Origin: Mantamonas sphyraenae STR306
Lineage: Eukaryota; Protista; CRuMs
Reading direction: 5' to 3'
Length of the DNA stretch: 64,000 bases
Assembly: GCA_026936335.1 (NCBI GenBank)
Contig: JAPMXV010000031.1
Coordinates: 1-64,000 of the forward strand
Shown here one piece after another: positions 11,192 through 22,106 of the stretch (position 1 is the first letter of the stretch; each line of letters begins with the position of its first letter). Under the pieces are notes generated by a model. That model saw only the letters and a program-made list of their open reading frames with translations, ran no database searches and was not told the origin of the DNA. Made by a program: the position numbers and the translations under genes.

Positions 11192-11263
11192 GACTCCGTG
11201 GCGCAACGGTAGCGCGTGAGATTCCAGGTCTTAAGGTTGCGTGTTCGAATCACGTCGGGGTCA
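11192..11263 (+). tRNA. trnW-CCA: tRNA-Trp(CCA), copy 1
   Basis: Cloverleaf: GACTCCG/CGGGGTC acceptor stem, GCGC D-stem, TGAGA-TTCCAGG-TCTTA anticodon arm, GCGTG-TTCGAAT-CACGT T-arm. Confidence 0.97.
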
Positions 11264-11268
11264 CATGC

Positions 11269-11277
11269 TTTTTTTTT
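11269..11277 (+). terminator. RNA polymerase III oligo-T terminator
   Basis: T9 run 5 nt after the tRNA 3' end. Confidence 0.85.
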
Positions 11278-11307
11278 GTTTGCTGTTCTCTCCCTTCATG
11301 AGCACAC

Positions 11308-12732
11308 TCAATCCACGTCATCCACATCCACGTTCGACCCTGACGACGACGACGACGCCCCCGACGACGACGATTCCGACCCTGACGCACGTGTGTGCGG
11401 GTTCGCATCGTGGCTGCCATCCCCACTCCCACTCCCACTCCCACTCCCACTCCCACTCCCTGGCCCAACCTCTCGTCCTCCTACCTTTGCCACAGCCCCT
11501 CCTTCGTTCACAAGCACCTCCACGACACGCATCTTGAACGCCCGTGCCGCGTGTTCCAGAGCTGTTCGCCCTTCCTTGTCCTGCGCCTCCACGTCCGCCC
11601 CTGCGCGCAGCAGAACACGCACTACACCTGCATGACCTTGCCGTGCAGCCATGATCAGCGCCGTGCACCCTTCCGCCTGCCGTGCGTCCACGTCGCACGA
11701 GCCTGTCTCGCACAGCGTTTCCACAACTTCCCTGTGGCCCTGTTGCGCTGCAACAAACAGCGCCGTGCACCCGTCGGCGTTCACGGCATCCAGAATGTCT
11801 GCGCCGCTGTGTGCCGCAAGCACCTTGACGACCTCGACGTGACCCTGCTGCGCCGCAATGTGAAGCGCGCTCCACTCGTCCTTCTGGCGCTGTCCCACGT
11901 CTGCTCCGCCCTCCAACAGCGCCTTTGCTGTCGACGCGGCTCCCACCTGTGCTGCAATCATCAACGCTGTCCATTCGTCCTTCTTCCGTGCGTCTGCGTC
12001 CGCTCCGGCCTCCAGCAGCGCCGTCACCATCGCGTCGTGGCCGTTCTGCGTCGCCAGGTGCAGAGCTGTCGCTCCACTGTTGTGACGCGCGTCCACCTGT
12101 GCCCCTGCTTCCACCAGCAGCTTCAAGCAGCCTGCGCTCGCCGACTCACCCGCAAGCAAAACGGCGGCAAACCCGTTGCACTCTGCACTCGCAGACATTC
12201 CTGCGTCCAAAAGCACCTTCAAGGGGCCCGTCTTGTCGTGGCGCACAACATACGCCATGTACCGACTGCAGTCCACGCCTGCGTCAAGCAGACACGCAAC
12301 CACATCCTGCAGGCCGTTTGCCGCCGCCAGCTGCAGCGTGCGCTGCCCATCTGCACCGGCCTCCACCAGCACACGCACCGTCGTTGTATGTCCACGTTCG
12401 CCTGCCAGCATCAGCGCCGTGTGCCCTGTGCGTGTGCGCGCCTCCACCGCCGCCCCAGCGTCCACCAGCGCGCGCACAACCTCGGTGTGTCCCGCCTGGC
12501 TCGCAAAGTGCAGCGCAGTGGCACGAGTGCGCCCGCATGCTTCCGTATCCGCGTGCAGCTCCAGCAGCAGCCGCGCGATCGCTGTGTTGCCAAAGTGTGC
12601 TGCCGTTTGCAAGCATGTGCGCCCTCCAGCCAGCTGGCTGTCCACAGACACAGTGTTTGCATCCAGCAGCGCTTGAAACTGAGCTGCAGTGCCCGACTGC
12701 AGCACCGTGGAGACTGAAATAGAGGACGACAT
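11308..12732 (-). CDS. Ankyrin repeat protein (about 11 repeats) with GS/S-rich tail
   Basis: Repeated G-x-TALHxAAxxGHxxVVxxLLxAGAD units; likely start MSSSISVS at 12732. Confidence 0.9.
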   Translation of the reverse strand: MSSSISVSTVLQSGTAAQFQALLDANTVSVDSQLAGGRTCLQTAAHFGNTAIARLLLELHADTEACGRTRATALHFASQAGHTEVVRALVDAGAAVEARTRTGHTALMLAGERGHTTTVRVLVEAGADGQRTLQLAAANGLQDVVACLLDAGVDCSRYMAYVVRHDKTGPLKVLLDAGMSASAECNGFAAVLLAGESASAGCLKLLVEAGAQVDARHNSGATALHLATQNGHDAMVTALLEAGADADARKKDEWTALMIAAQVGAASTAKALLEGGADVGQRQKDEWSALHIAAQQGHVEVVKVLAAHSGADILDAVNADGCTALFVAAQQGHREVVETLCETGSCDVDARQAEGCTALIMAARQGHAGVVRVLLRAGADVEAQDKEGRTALEHAARAFKMRVVEVLVNEGGAVAKVGGREVGPGSGSGSGSGSGSGDGSHDANPHTRASGSESSSSGASSSSSGSNVDVDDVD

Positions 12733-15700
12733 GGATGGGGTGCGTCGTGCCGCGCCACCCGTCCCAATGCGCCTCAACATCGTCTTTGCTGCGGCGCGGG
12801 AGGAGCCTCCCTTGGAGAGCTTCTTCATTGAAGGCCTGGAGCTCACCAAGGAGATCGAGAAGTACTGTGCCTTCTTCAACACAGAGTTGGTCTTGCCAAA
12901 CTTCAAGCCCGACCAGTTCGCCCTCTACTCCGTAGAGACCGACACCTGGCTCGTGTCGGAGAGTGGCTTTGAGACACAGTTGAATGTCGTAGCCAACCAG
13001 GTCGCTGAAATGGAGGCTGCGAAGCAAGGTGCCGACACCGAACACGCCAAAGAGGGCTCGTCCACCCCGCAAAAGGGCTCCTCCTCCACAGCGTCCAAGA
13101 ACTTGGAGCGACCGGAAGACGACGGCGTTCTCGTCACGCTTGAGCTGCGTGTGCTCCCTGCAGCCAAGCTCAGCCACTTTTTCGACGTCATGCACACGGA
13201 CGAGAGCAAAAAGTCAATCACAAAGATGTTTTTCCATCTGCGCTTCGACCTGCAGGTGAGTTTCCGTGTCTCCATGCGCCGGTCCAGCCGTTAGCACATA
13301 GCCACGCGCAGCAACTGACCACAGCCGCGCGCACAGGACACGTACTTTGCAGAGGATTTTATTCTGGAGGACGGGATTCGCGTGGTCATTTCCGCGATGA
13401 CCGAGGAGGCCAGCGGCAACGTCAAGGCGTACGGCCTGTTTGCCCTCCGCTTTGCGCTGTTCTATGTGTCGGGCATGGAGTACGTGTTGGAGCGTGCGGA
13501 GCTTGTGCAGGCGCTGTTTTCGCTTGTGGAAGACAAGAGCATCAAGGTCAAGCACTACACTCTTGATCTGCTCATTGTCATTGTGAGCTTTGGCGGAGAA
13601 GATGCGTTTGACCTCCTCAGCGATGCGATTCGAAACCACGCGCGCTCGCACGACCAAAAGCCGTACCACGTCTTTCTGGACCTCTTGTCCAGCGGCGACT
13701 TTGACATCAAGGTCAACACCATCACCTTGCTCAACATGCTCCTGGCCACCGTACCCACAGAGGTTGAGGCCGACAAGCTGAAGCAGGAGCTGCACAGTCT
13801 GAATGTGGCCAAGGTGCTGCGTGCAGAGAAGGACATCGACCATCCCGACTTTGTCACCCAGGTGACCAAATTTGAGTCCCATCTGGGCACAGTCATCATG
13901 GCCAGCGTGGACCTCGATGCAGAGAGTCCCGAGGCCATCGAGGAGCTCAAGGCCCAGCTCATGGAGCTCGAGGCACAAAAGGCGCTTGTACGCACCCTGC
14001 AAGAAGATCTGAGACGCAGTCACCAGATCATCGAGCAGTTGATGGAAGGCGGTGGCACGGCGAGTGCAAGCAGCACCTCCAAGGTCCGTTTCGGAGCGCG
14101 TCAGGACGACCAGGGTGGCAAGCTGGACTTGGATCTCGTCACGGCTGTGGGCATGGGTGCTCTGGCCAAGGGAAAGAGCAAAGAGGAGCCCGTGGTCGTC
14201 GAAAAAGTTGTCGAGAAGATTGTGGAGGTGGAAAAGATTGTGTACGTGGAGAAACTCGTGGCCGAGGGCCAGCAACAACAGTCAACGACCACGACCACGA
14301 CCACGACCACCGCAAAGGAAGATGGAGATGAGCTGTCAACAGACAGCAGTGGCACCACCGCTGCCCCGCCGCCTCCGCCTCCTCCTCCTCCTGGAGGCAA
14401 GAGCACATCCACCTCTGCCCCACCGCCTCCGCCTCCTCCTCCTCCTGGAGGCAAGAGCACATCCACCTCTGCCCCGCCGCCTCCGCCTCCTCCTCCAGGC
14501 GGCAAATCCACGTCGGGTGGGCCTCCTCCGCCTCCGCCTCCGCCGGGCAAGGGTGGGGCAAAGGGTGGAGCCCCTCCGCCGCCTCCGGGCATGAGCGGAG
14601 GCGCTGGGCCGCGTCCCCTGGGGCGCCCGCAGCCTACCAAGCCTGTGGTGACGCCCAACAAAAAGATGAAGCAGTTCTTCTGGAGCAGGCTGATCTTGCC
14701 ACCAAAGGAGAGCGGCCAGCGCGAGACCACGATCTGGGACGAGCTCCAGGAGCCCAAGTTTGACGTGAAGGACTTTGAAAACATGTTTGGGGCCAAAGCC
14801 AGCAAGACGCTGGGGTCGGGCACCTCGTCGTCGACATCGTCGTCGTCGTCGTCGGCCGGCTCGTCCAGCACGACAGAGGGCGAAGAAGAGAAGCTTGGCC
14901 CGCTCTCCGTGTTGCCGCGACAGCGGTCAAACAACATCGCCATCATGCTGTCACGTATGCCTCCGGTCGACACGATGAAGACGGCCATTCTGAGCATGGA
15001 CGACGAGGTGATGAGCATCGAAGACATCGAGTTTCTGCTGCAGTACCTTCCTCAGGACGATGAGGTAGCCATGGTCAAGGCAGCCGACACGGGCGAGCGG
15101 CCGCTGGACAAGCCCGAGCAATGGGTGCTGTCGATCACATCTGTGCCGATGATCAAGAAGCGGCTGCGCTGCTGGCTGCTGGAGCGCACGTTTGAGGACA
15201 TGCTCAAGGACGTGGTGCCACCGCTTGAAACACTGTGCATGGCCTGCGCCGAAACACAAGAATCGATTGGCCTGCGCCATGTGCTAGCCGCGGCTCTGGC
15301 GTTTGGCAACCACATGAACGGAGGCACAAAGAAGGGCCAGGCGGACGGCTTCGACCTGGGCGACCTGCCGCGCATGCTGGTGACCAAGGACACAAACAAC
15401 AAGATGTCCCTCTTTGAGTACATTGTGCGCCACTGCTACGACAACAACGACCATGCAGAGATGTGCGTGCTGGAGCAGGTGCCCCACGTGGAGGCCGCCG
15501 CCAGCGTTGACCTGAAGCTGCTCGAGGGCAACTACAACAAGATCAAGTTCCGCTTGCAAGAGGTGGAAAGTACCATGGAGGCCCTCAGCAAGGGGAGCAC
15601 CGACAAGGCAGACATGTTTGTGCCCAAGATGAGCGGCTTCTACACAGCGGCCAAAGAGCAGGCCGACAACGTAGGCCAGCTTCTGGCTGAGGGCAAAGAG

Positions 15701-16184
15701 GCCTTCCACAAGCTGCTCGTCTTTTTGGGATACACGCCCGCCAAGCTGAAGGGCCTTGCCCCGAGCGAGGTGTTTGCCGTTGTGGACGAAGTCGGCCGCA
15801 ACGTGCAGAAGTTCAAGCCCAAAATGGTCACGCGCAAGGCGAGTATCAAGGTTGTGGCCAAGCGCACCAACGGCGGACAGAAGATTGCCGATGTCACGGC
15901 TGGCGACGATGCCATGGCCGGCGTTCTGGCTGAGATCAAGGCCGGCCTCAGTTCCGGCATCAAGCGCAACCGCCGCATGTCTCGCCGCGCCTCCCGCGCC
16001 TCACAACGCAGCAGCAGCGGTGAAAGGAATACGCAAGCCTCCGGTGCTGGAAGCAGCACTGGGCAGCAAGGAGGTGGCGACCCAGGCGCAAAGAAAGATG
16101 TGCGCAGCGAGCTCGCCGAGATGCTTGCCAGGAAAAAGCTTGGAGGAGGAGCAGGCAACAAGGACAAGGCCAAAAACAAGATGA
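12731..16184 (+). CDS. FHOD: FHOD-family formin (GBD/FH3, poly-Pro FH1, FH2)
   Basis: Intron 13256-13336; FHOD-type AEDFILEDGI...YGLFALRFALFYVSGMEYV; FH1 poly-Pro tracts; FH2 KMKQFFW, RSNNIAIML, GNHMNGGTKKGQADGF. Start 12731 or 12767; stop 16184 inferred by removing one A at 16172-16176. Confidence 0.9.
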
Positions 16185-16248
16185 AGAGGGGCGTGGCCAT
16201 GGGCAGAAACGATGATGCTCAGAGAGAGAGAAAAGAGAGGAAAGACGG

Positions 16249-16256
16249 AAAAAAAA
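16249..16256 (-). terminator. RNA polymerase III oligo-T terminator
   Basis: A8 on + (T8 on -) 4 nt beyond the 3' end of tRNA copy 2. Confidence 0.85.
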
Positions 16257-16260
16257 GCTG

Positions 16261-16332
16261 TGACCCCGACGTGATTCGAACACGCAACCTTAAGACCTGG
16301 AATCTCACGCGCTACCGTTGCGCCACGGAGTC
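16261..16332 (-). tRNA. trnW-CCA: tRNA-Trp(CCA), copy 2 (identical to copy 1, inverted)
   Basis: Exact reverse complement of 11192-11263. Confidence 0.97.
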
Positions 16333-16424
16333 TGCCACAATTCGTTCTTCTCACACGAAATTGCACATATCCAAATCCACCTGGCCCCTCAGCACCCCAC
16401 CATCTGCGATCACGCCACTTCTCG

Positions 16425-16573
16425 TCCTCCTCACCCTCTCCCTCACCCTCACCCTCTCCCTCTCCCTCTCCCTCACCCACCCACCCCCACCCACCCTCCA
16501 CCCACCCTCCCCTCCACCCACCCTCCACTCCCACCCTCACCCACCCTCCCTCCACCCTCCCCAACACAACCAT
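16425..16573. repeat. G-free C-rich low-complexity tract (CCCTCA/CCCTCT/CCCA units)
   Basis: 149 nt without a G on the + strand, with many C3-C5 runs. Confidence 0.9.
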
Positions 16574-18019
16574 GTCCCTCATCGGAGACGAGCGCTCGGA
16601 ACTCGAGACCAAGTTCACGCTCTTCCCACATCTTTGGACCATCACACACATGCAGCCAAAGGACAGCAGTCCGGTAAACTTTGGCATGCGCATCAAGGGT
16701 GCGTGCCAGTGTGCGGTGCAAACCCATCCCAATTTCCCACCGACAAGCACTGACCCCTCCGCCCGCCGCCTACAGGCTCCTCCGTCTCATCCACCATCCT
16801 CGACGAGCTCACTCGCGCTCGTTCCCACTTTACAGGCCTTGTTCAAATCCGCTACCTAGGTCACAGCACCCGCGAAGAGGTCGACGAGGCCGCCCTCGAA
16901 TACCTCTCCCTCGCCAAGGGCATGGCCCACGACGAATCCCTCCGCACCGCCACCAGCTTCAAGTGGACCAATGTCGTCGGCGACGAGCGCCTCACCACCC
17001 ATGCCGACGTCCTCTTTGACTGTGCCAGTCTCGTGTGTGCCTGGGCCCATTGGCTCACCATGCACGCCATACGTCTCCTCCCCGAACAGCTCGACCTCGA
17101 CAAGGCCGAAGAGCAGCTCAAAGAGCCCTATGCCAGTTTTCTCCTTGCCCACCAGCTGTTCAACCACGTCCTCACCTCCTGGCAGCCACAGCTCGACCAG
17201 CTCGACTGCGCCGACCTCCATCCAGACACCCTCTCCGCCTGGAGCGACCTTGCCCTTGCCCACACCCAAGAAATCACTATTATGCGCGCTGTGCAAAAGG
17301 GCAACTCCGACGCCCTCATTGCCCGTCTGGCCGCGGACACTGCCAACCGCTACGAATCCGCACACGCTCTCTTCAACCATCTCGACTACCCCAACTGCGT
17401 CAACGGCCGCGTCGGCAAGCTCCGCACCTATTGCCTCTACCGCCAGTCTGTCATCGAGATTGTCACCTACGTCCACACAGCCAAGCGTTTCTACGGCGCC
17501 GCCCAGTACGGCAACGCCATCGCCTGCCTCCGCTACGCAGACACCCTCGTCAGCGCCGCAAACGCAAACATGGACTCCTTCCTCACCCTTGACCCGCGCA
17601 CCACCCACGAGCGCAAGAACCGCCTCTCTGGCTCCCATCAGTCCACAGACGCCCTCAACGACTACCTCCAAGACCTCCTCCGTGGCTGGGTCCGCGAGAA
17701 CAACTACATTTACCAGGAATCCGTGCCCAAGGAACCTCCTCGCCGTCCTGATCCCCTCTCCCTCGTCGACTCGGCCTGGCAAGAGCCGTCCACCTCGCCT
17801 CTCTGGGGCTCCTCCTCCTCCTCCTCCTCCACAACCTCAACAACCAAATCCACCACTGCATCATCCTCTTCTGCATATCCCACCCTCACCAACAACACCA
17901 ACACCTCGTCCAACCCCAAACCTCTGCCGAAACAACCCGAAGCCGACGACGATGGCGTCCTCGTCACCCACCAAGACGCACAGCAAACACCCAAGGATTC
18001 CGAGTGCACCGTTCAATAA
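16572..18019 (+). CDS. BROX: BRO1-domain protein with C-terminal CaaX (BROX-like)
   Basis: Intron 16699-16775; BRO1 motifs FKWTN, LALAHTQEI, YGNAIACLRYA, RENNYIYQESVP; ends CTVQ. Confidence 0.85.
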
Positions 18020-18047
18020 ACAGCACTCAACACAGCAATCACAGCCA

Positions 18048-19222
18048 TCACAGCCGTCCCAACACACCCCACGCATGCTCCCGTACGTGTTCCACCACGG
18101 CCTCCTGGATCTCCAACGGCAACTCCTCCGCCCCGCTCATCACACGCCACAATTCCACACACTCCTTCATCAACGCCTGTTTCGCACTCTCCCCAAGCCA
18201 TTGCTGTTGCTCCTGCGCCTCGATGTCCATCAGCAGCGTCTCCAACCCCTTCCCGTCGTTGTTTGCCCCGCAGCGCCTCGCCTCATCCAGAAACGCAGCA
18301 CGCACACGCACCAGATACATCTGTGCCGCCTCATCCTTGTCCAGCGGCACTCCGGCTGCCTCCCGGATCTCCTGCAGCGCACGCACCCCTTGGCCCAGCT
18401 CGCTCACCGCCAGCCGTTGCACCCCAGGTACCAGCAGCTCGTTCTGCACCTGCTGCCACGCACCCTCTGTCCACAGGCCCTCTCCGCGCAAGAACTCCAC
18501 CATCCCTCGTGTCTGGCCCATCCAGCTGTCCTCCCGGCTCGTGTCCACCGTCCATTCTGCAGCGCACACCCCGAGCCCGCTGCTCGCCCCGTCTCCTCCT
18601 GTGCTCCTCTCATTGCCCAGCCACCTTGCCCACACGTGTGCCCGCAGCCGAGCACACAGGCTCTCCATCAACCGCTCTCCCCCATCTCCAATACCGTGCG
18701 CGCCTCTGCCCGAATCCCCACCCGCTCCCCGCTCACCTCTATCGCCTCTCTCCATGCTGCGTCCAGCACTTGCCTGTGTCCTTTTGCCACCTTGCTGTAC
18801 ATCGCCTCCATCGCCTGTACCACTCGCGTCTGGCCCTGCTCCTTCCGCACACGTTCCAGCTCCTCGCTCATCCTCCCAACGCGCACGTGGCACTCTTCCA
18901 CCTTTCCCTGCGCCCGCAGGCTCTGATACTGGCCCCGCGCCGCCTGAAACTCCTGTACACTCCGCAATACCTCTGCTTGCCGCCTCTGCGTCGCCACACG
19001 CCCCTCCAGCTCCCTCTCCGCCCGTACCAGCGATTGGTATTCCCTCACCGCATGGCCTTCTTCTCGCGCTTCCCTCACCCTTTCCTCCACCGCCTCCAGC
19101 GCGCCGTCAATCGCTTCGCTCTGCTTCATCAGCTTCCCAAACGCCTCTCCATGCTTCTCCACCACCTCGTACAGTCGCTGCCGCTCTCCCTCCCCGGCTT
19201 CGCACACCGCCGCTGCTCGCAT
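18048..19222 (-). CDS. Helical/coiled-coil protein, possibly a shortened ZW10/Dsl1-like protein
   Basis: ORFs 18668-19285 and 18048-18893 join by adding one base to the run at 18679-18683; the N-terminal coiled coil resembles the ZW10 N-domain. Confidence 0.45.
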
Positions 19223-19302
19223 CCTGCTTTCGTCCCTTTCTCTGCTGCTTGCCCCGGCGCACCCAACCAACACCCAGGAAACCACACCCCAGCATCCCCA
19301 CC

Positions 19303-20278
19303 ATGGGTAAAAACTCCCTCGCTGGCAGGATACGCGATCTCCGACGCCTCATCCGCAACAAGGGCGACCAGCTTGGCGCAGACGTCCTCGCCGCAAAGCA
19401 GGACCAGCTCGCTCGCCTCGAGGAGAAGCAACGTGAGCGCAGAGCTGACGAGGAGCGCGCACAGCTCGAGCGGGCCATGGCCATGCGCTACCGCAAGGTC
19501 AAGTTCTTTGAGCGCCAGAAGATCACCCGCCGTTTGAAGCAGCTCCAGGCACGCCTCCAAAGCGGCGAGTCCAGCCCCAAGCTCGAGAAGCAGCTCCAAG
19601 AGTGGCAAGACAAGCTCCTCTACGTCTCCCACTACCCCAAAACCGAAAAGTATGTCGCTCTCTTTGCCAAGCCCACAGGCGACCCTGAGGCCGACGCGCA
19701 TGCGGAAGCCCGCCGAAACGAGATCATGGCCCTCATCAAGGAAGGCAACACAGACCCTCTTCCCTCCTCCTCCTCCTCCTCCCAATCCGACCCCCGCTTC
19801 CGCCTCGACGACGACGACACGCCTGCAGACGAGGACGGCGAAGACTTTTTCGTCGCTGCCGACGACGACCAAGAATCCGTCCCTGCCCCGTCCTCCGCCC
19901 TCAAGCGCAAGCACCTGCACGACAGCGACGACCACGATTCCAACCCTGACGACGACAGCGACGACGACGACGACGATGCTATCATCTACCACACCCCCGC
20001 TGCCTCCTCCTCCTCCTCCTCAACCTCAACCTCAACCTCAACCTCAACCTCCAAACCAACCCGTTCCAAACCCACTCACACTCCCAAACGTGCACGTGTT
20101 GACCACGCCGACCACACCCCTTCTTCCAAATGCCACCACCACACACCGAAAGTCCGCTTCCACATCAAAGAAACCTGCACGCAACTCCCACGCCTCCACA
20201 GACGCAAAGGCCGCACCAAACACCACCACCCCAAAGAGGAAATCCCGATCCCGCAAGAACAAGAAGAAGAACAAATGA
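19303..20278 (+). CDS. EFG1: rRNA-processing protein Efg1 (DUF2361)
   Basis: RIRDLRRLI, YRKVKFFERQKITRRLKQL, YVSHYPKTEKYVALF; the basic tail ending RKNKKKNK-TGA is reached by removing one A at 20128-20130. Confidence 0.85.
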
Positions 20279-20367
20279 ATCCTCCCCCTTCGGGCCATCC
20301 CCAAGCCCCTTCCACCGCCTCGCCTCCCCCGCACAAAACCAAACAATCCTCCCGCCGCGCCCACCCC

Positions 20368-20907
20368 ATGCACAGACCCTCAAAATCCCGCGACGTAGCA
20401 GAGATGAAACCTCTTGTACATTCAGACGAGGACGACGATCCTGTGGACGACGATGACATCGCTCTCGTCATGAGCGCCCAGTATCCCGCCAACACCGCCA
20501 TCTCCTCCTCCTCCTCCTCCTCCTCCTCCTCTACCACCCGCACAGGTTCACAGCTCCGCCGCACCCTCCTCCTCAAGTGGCTCTTCCTCCTCCTCATCCT
20601 CGCCGCCGTCCTCACCCTCATGGCCACCCTCCCCGTCGCGGACCTCATGTTTCGACCAAACTCTCCCGCCCGATCCATCTTTGTCGCCCTCCAAACCGCT
20701 GTGTACGCAGGCGCCCTCGCCACCATTCTCGTCTCAGGCCTCTCCTGGATCTACAGCAACGACGCCGTCCTCCGCTTCCTCGAAGTCCGAATCTTCTGCC
20801 GTTTCCGGCCCCTCCTCCTCCTATGCTTCATATGGTCCCTCTTCTCCCTCCTCATCTTTACCATTCTACTCATCATTGCCCTCACCACCCTTGGCGGCGG
20901 CCGATGA
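20368..20907 (+). CDS. Small multi-pass (3 TM) membrane protein, unknown family
   Basis: MHRPSKS start, acidic/Ser linker, three long hydrophobic segments. Confidence 0.6.
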   Translation: MHRPSKSRDVAEMKPLVHSDEDDDPVDDDDIALVMSAQYPANTAISSSSSSSSSSTTRTGSQLRRTLLLKWLFLLLILAAVLTLMATLPVADLMFRPNSPARSIFVALQTAVYAGALATILVSGLSWIYSNDAVLRFLEVRIFCRFRPLLLLCFIWSLFSLLIFTILLIIALTTLGGGR

Positions 20908-21014
20908 TCCGCCTCGCCCAGAACCTGCAACAAATCCTGCTTCATCATCCATCAACCCCTCCCCCCTCCCCTCACCTTCTCCCCCCTTCTCCCCCTTCTC
21001 CCCCCATCTTTCCC

Positions 21015-22014
21015 TCACCTATCCTCACCTCCCACACGCGCCCGACACAACATCCTTCCCGCTCCGTATCCACTCTGCACTCGTGCACTCCCATTCGCCT
21101 CCACAACACGCCCACCCAGCTCCGCCACAACACCAGACTGAGCCCCCACCAGCGCCCTCTGCCCCACACGCACGTTCTCTCCTCGCATGTTTACACTTGG
21201 CGTGTGCTGACCCTGCAGCAGAGTCACCATCGTTGCTCCGCCACCAAACTCCTGCTCCTCCTCGTCGCCCTCTCCTCCTTCCCGCACCCCACTTGCCCTC
21301 GCATTCCCTCCTTCCCCTCCCCGCTGCTGCTCCTCCACCATCTGCCTCAGCTCTTTCCGGCGCTCCTTCAGCCGACGCACAACTTCCTCGTGCTGAACCA
21401 CCGTTTGCCGAAACACCTTCAGCGCTCCCTCCTTCGAGCACACACTTCGTGTCAGCTGTGCTGTCTTGATCTGCAGAGTCTTTGTTCGCATGTCGTGCCC
21501 GCTGTACGGCGTCTTTACACGCCCGCTCTCCAGCCTCTCCTGAAACTCCCGGATCACTTCCGTCGTCTGCTCGCTCACAGCCTCCCTCTCTGGCCCCTCC
21601 AGCTGCATCAATGTGTACGCCTGCGCAGTGCGCAGCAACTCCACAACCACTTGCATGTTCTCCTCCGTCAGTGCCCTCCACCGTTTTCGCATAGCCGCCG
21701 CCGGCAGCGCGCGCGCGCGCTTTTCATCCTGTCCAAAGTGCTCCTCGATTGCCTCGGCCATGCGTGCCTCCTCCAATCTCAGCCGCCTCTCTCGCTGTGT
21801 TTCCACCCTATCCTCCTCCCACCTCACTTCCCGCCCTCTTTCCTCATACCCCACCCGCTGACGTTTCGCCGCCTCCTTCAACCCGGCCTTGCTCACCACC
21901 GCCCGCTTCCCGCTCCTTTCCGCCCCCTCTCTCTGCTCTGCATACACCTCCTCGTCATCTTCCAGATCGCTCAGCTCGTCAAAGATGTCCATCTCTTCGT
22001 CGCCCCTGCTCATC
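21015..22014 (-). CDS. Coiled-coil protein, possible CENP-Q/Okp1-like kinetochore subunit
   Basis: Start MSRGDEEM; KRWRALTEENMQVVVELL...EREAVSEQTTEVIREFQERLESGRVKTP followed by a coiled coil. Confidence 0.45.
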
Positions 22015-22106
22015 TTTGTTGCTTTTTCCTTGGCTCCCGTCCCGCCACCAAATCTGCAACTCCAACCACCGTCGCCCCCTCCCCTCCCCCGCGCGCGCTC
22101 CCGACC

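Noticed and set aside
11422-11460. (CCCACT)n as an interstitial telomere-like repeat
   Set aside because: Encodes the Gly-Ser linker of the ankyrin protein
16185-16753. Formin ORF running through the antisense tRNA and the C-rich tract
   Set aside because: The extension is non-protein-like; removing one A at 16172-16176 gives a normal TGAA stop at 16184
20125-20135. Euplotes-like AAA-T +1 programmed frameshift
   Set aside because: No stop codon follows the AAA, and the other shift sites lack this motif and go in both directions
18004-20907. 967-aa ORF suggesting an EFG1-membrane protein fusion
   Set aside because: Artefact of stop-poor C-rich sequence plus a one-base slip at 20128-20130; EFG1 has its own basic tail ending at 20278
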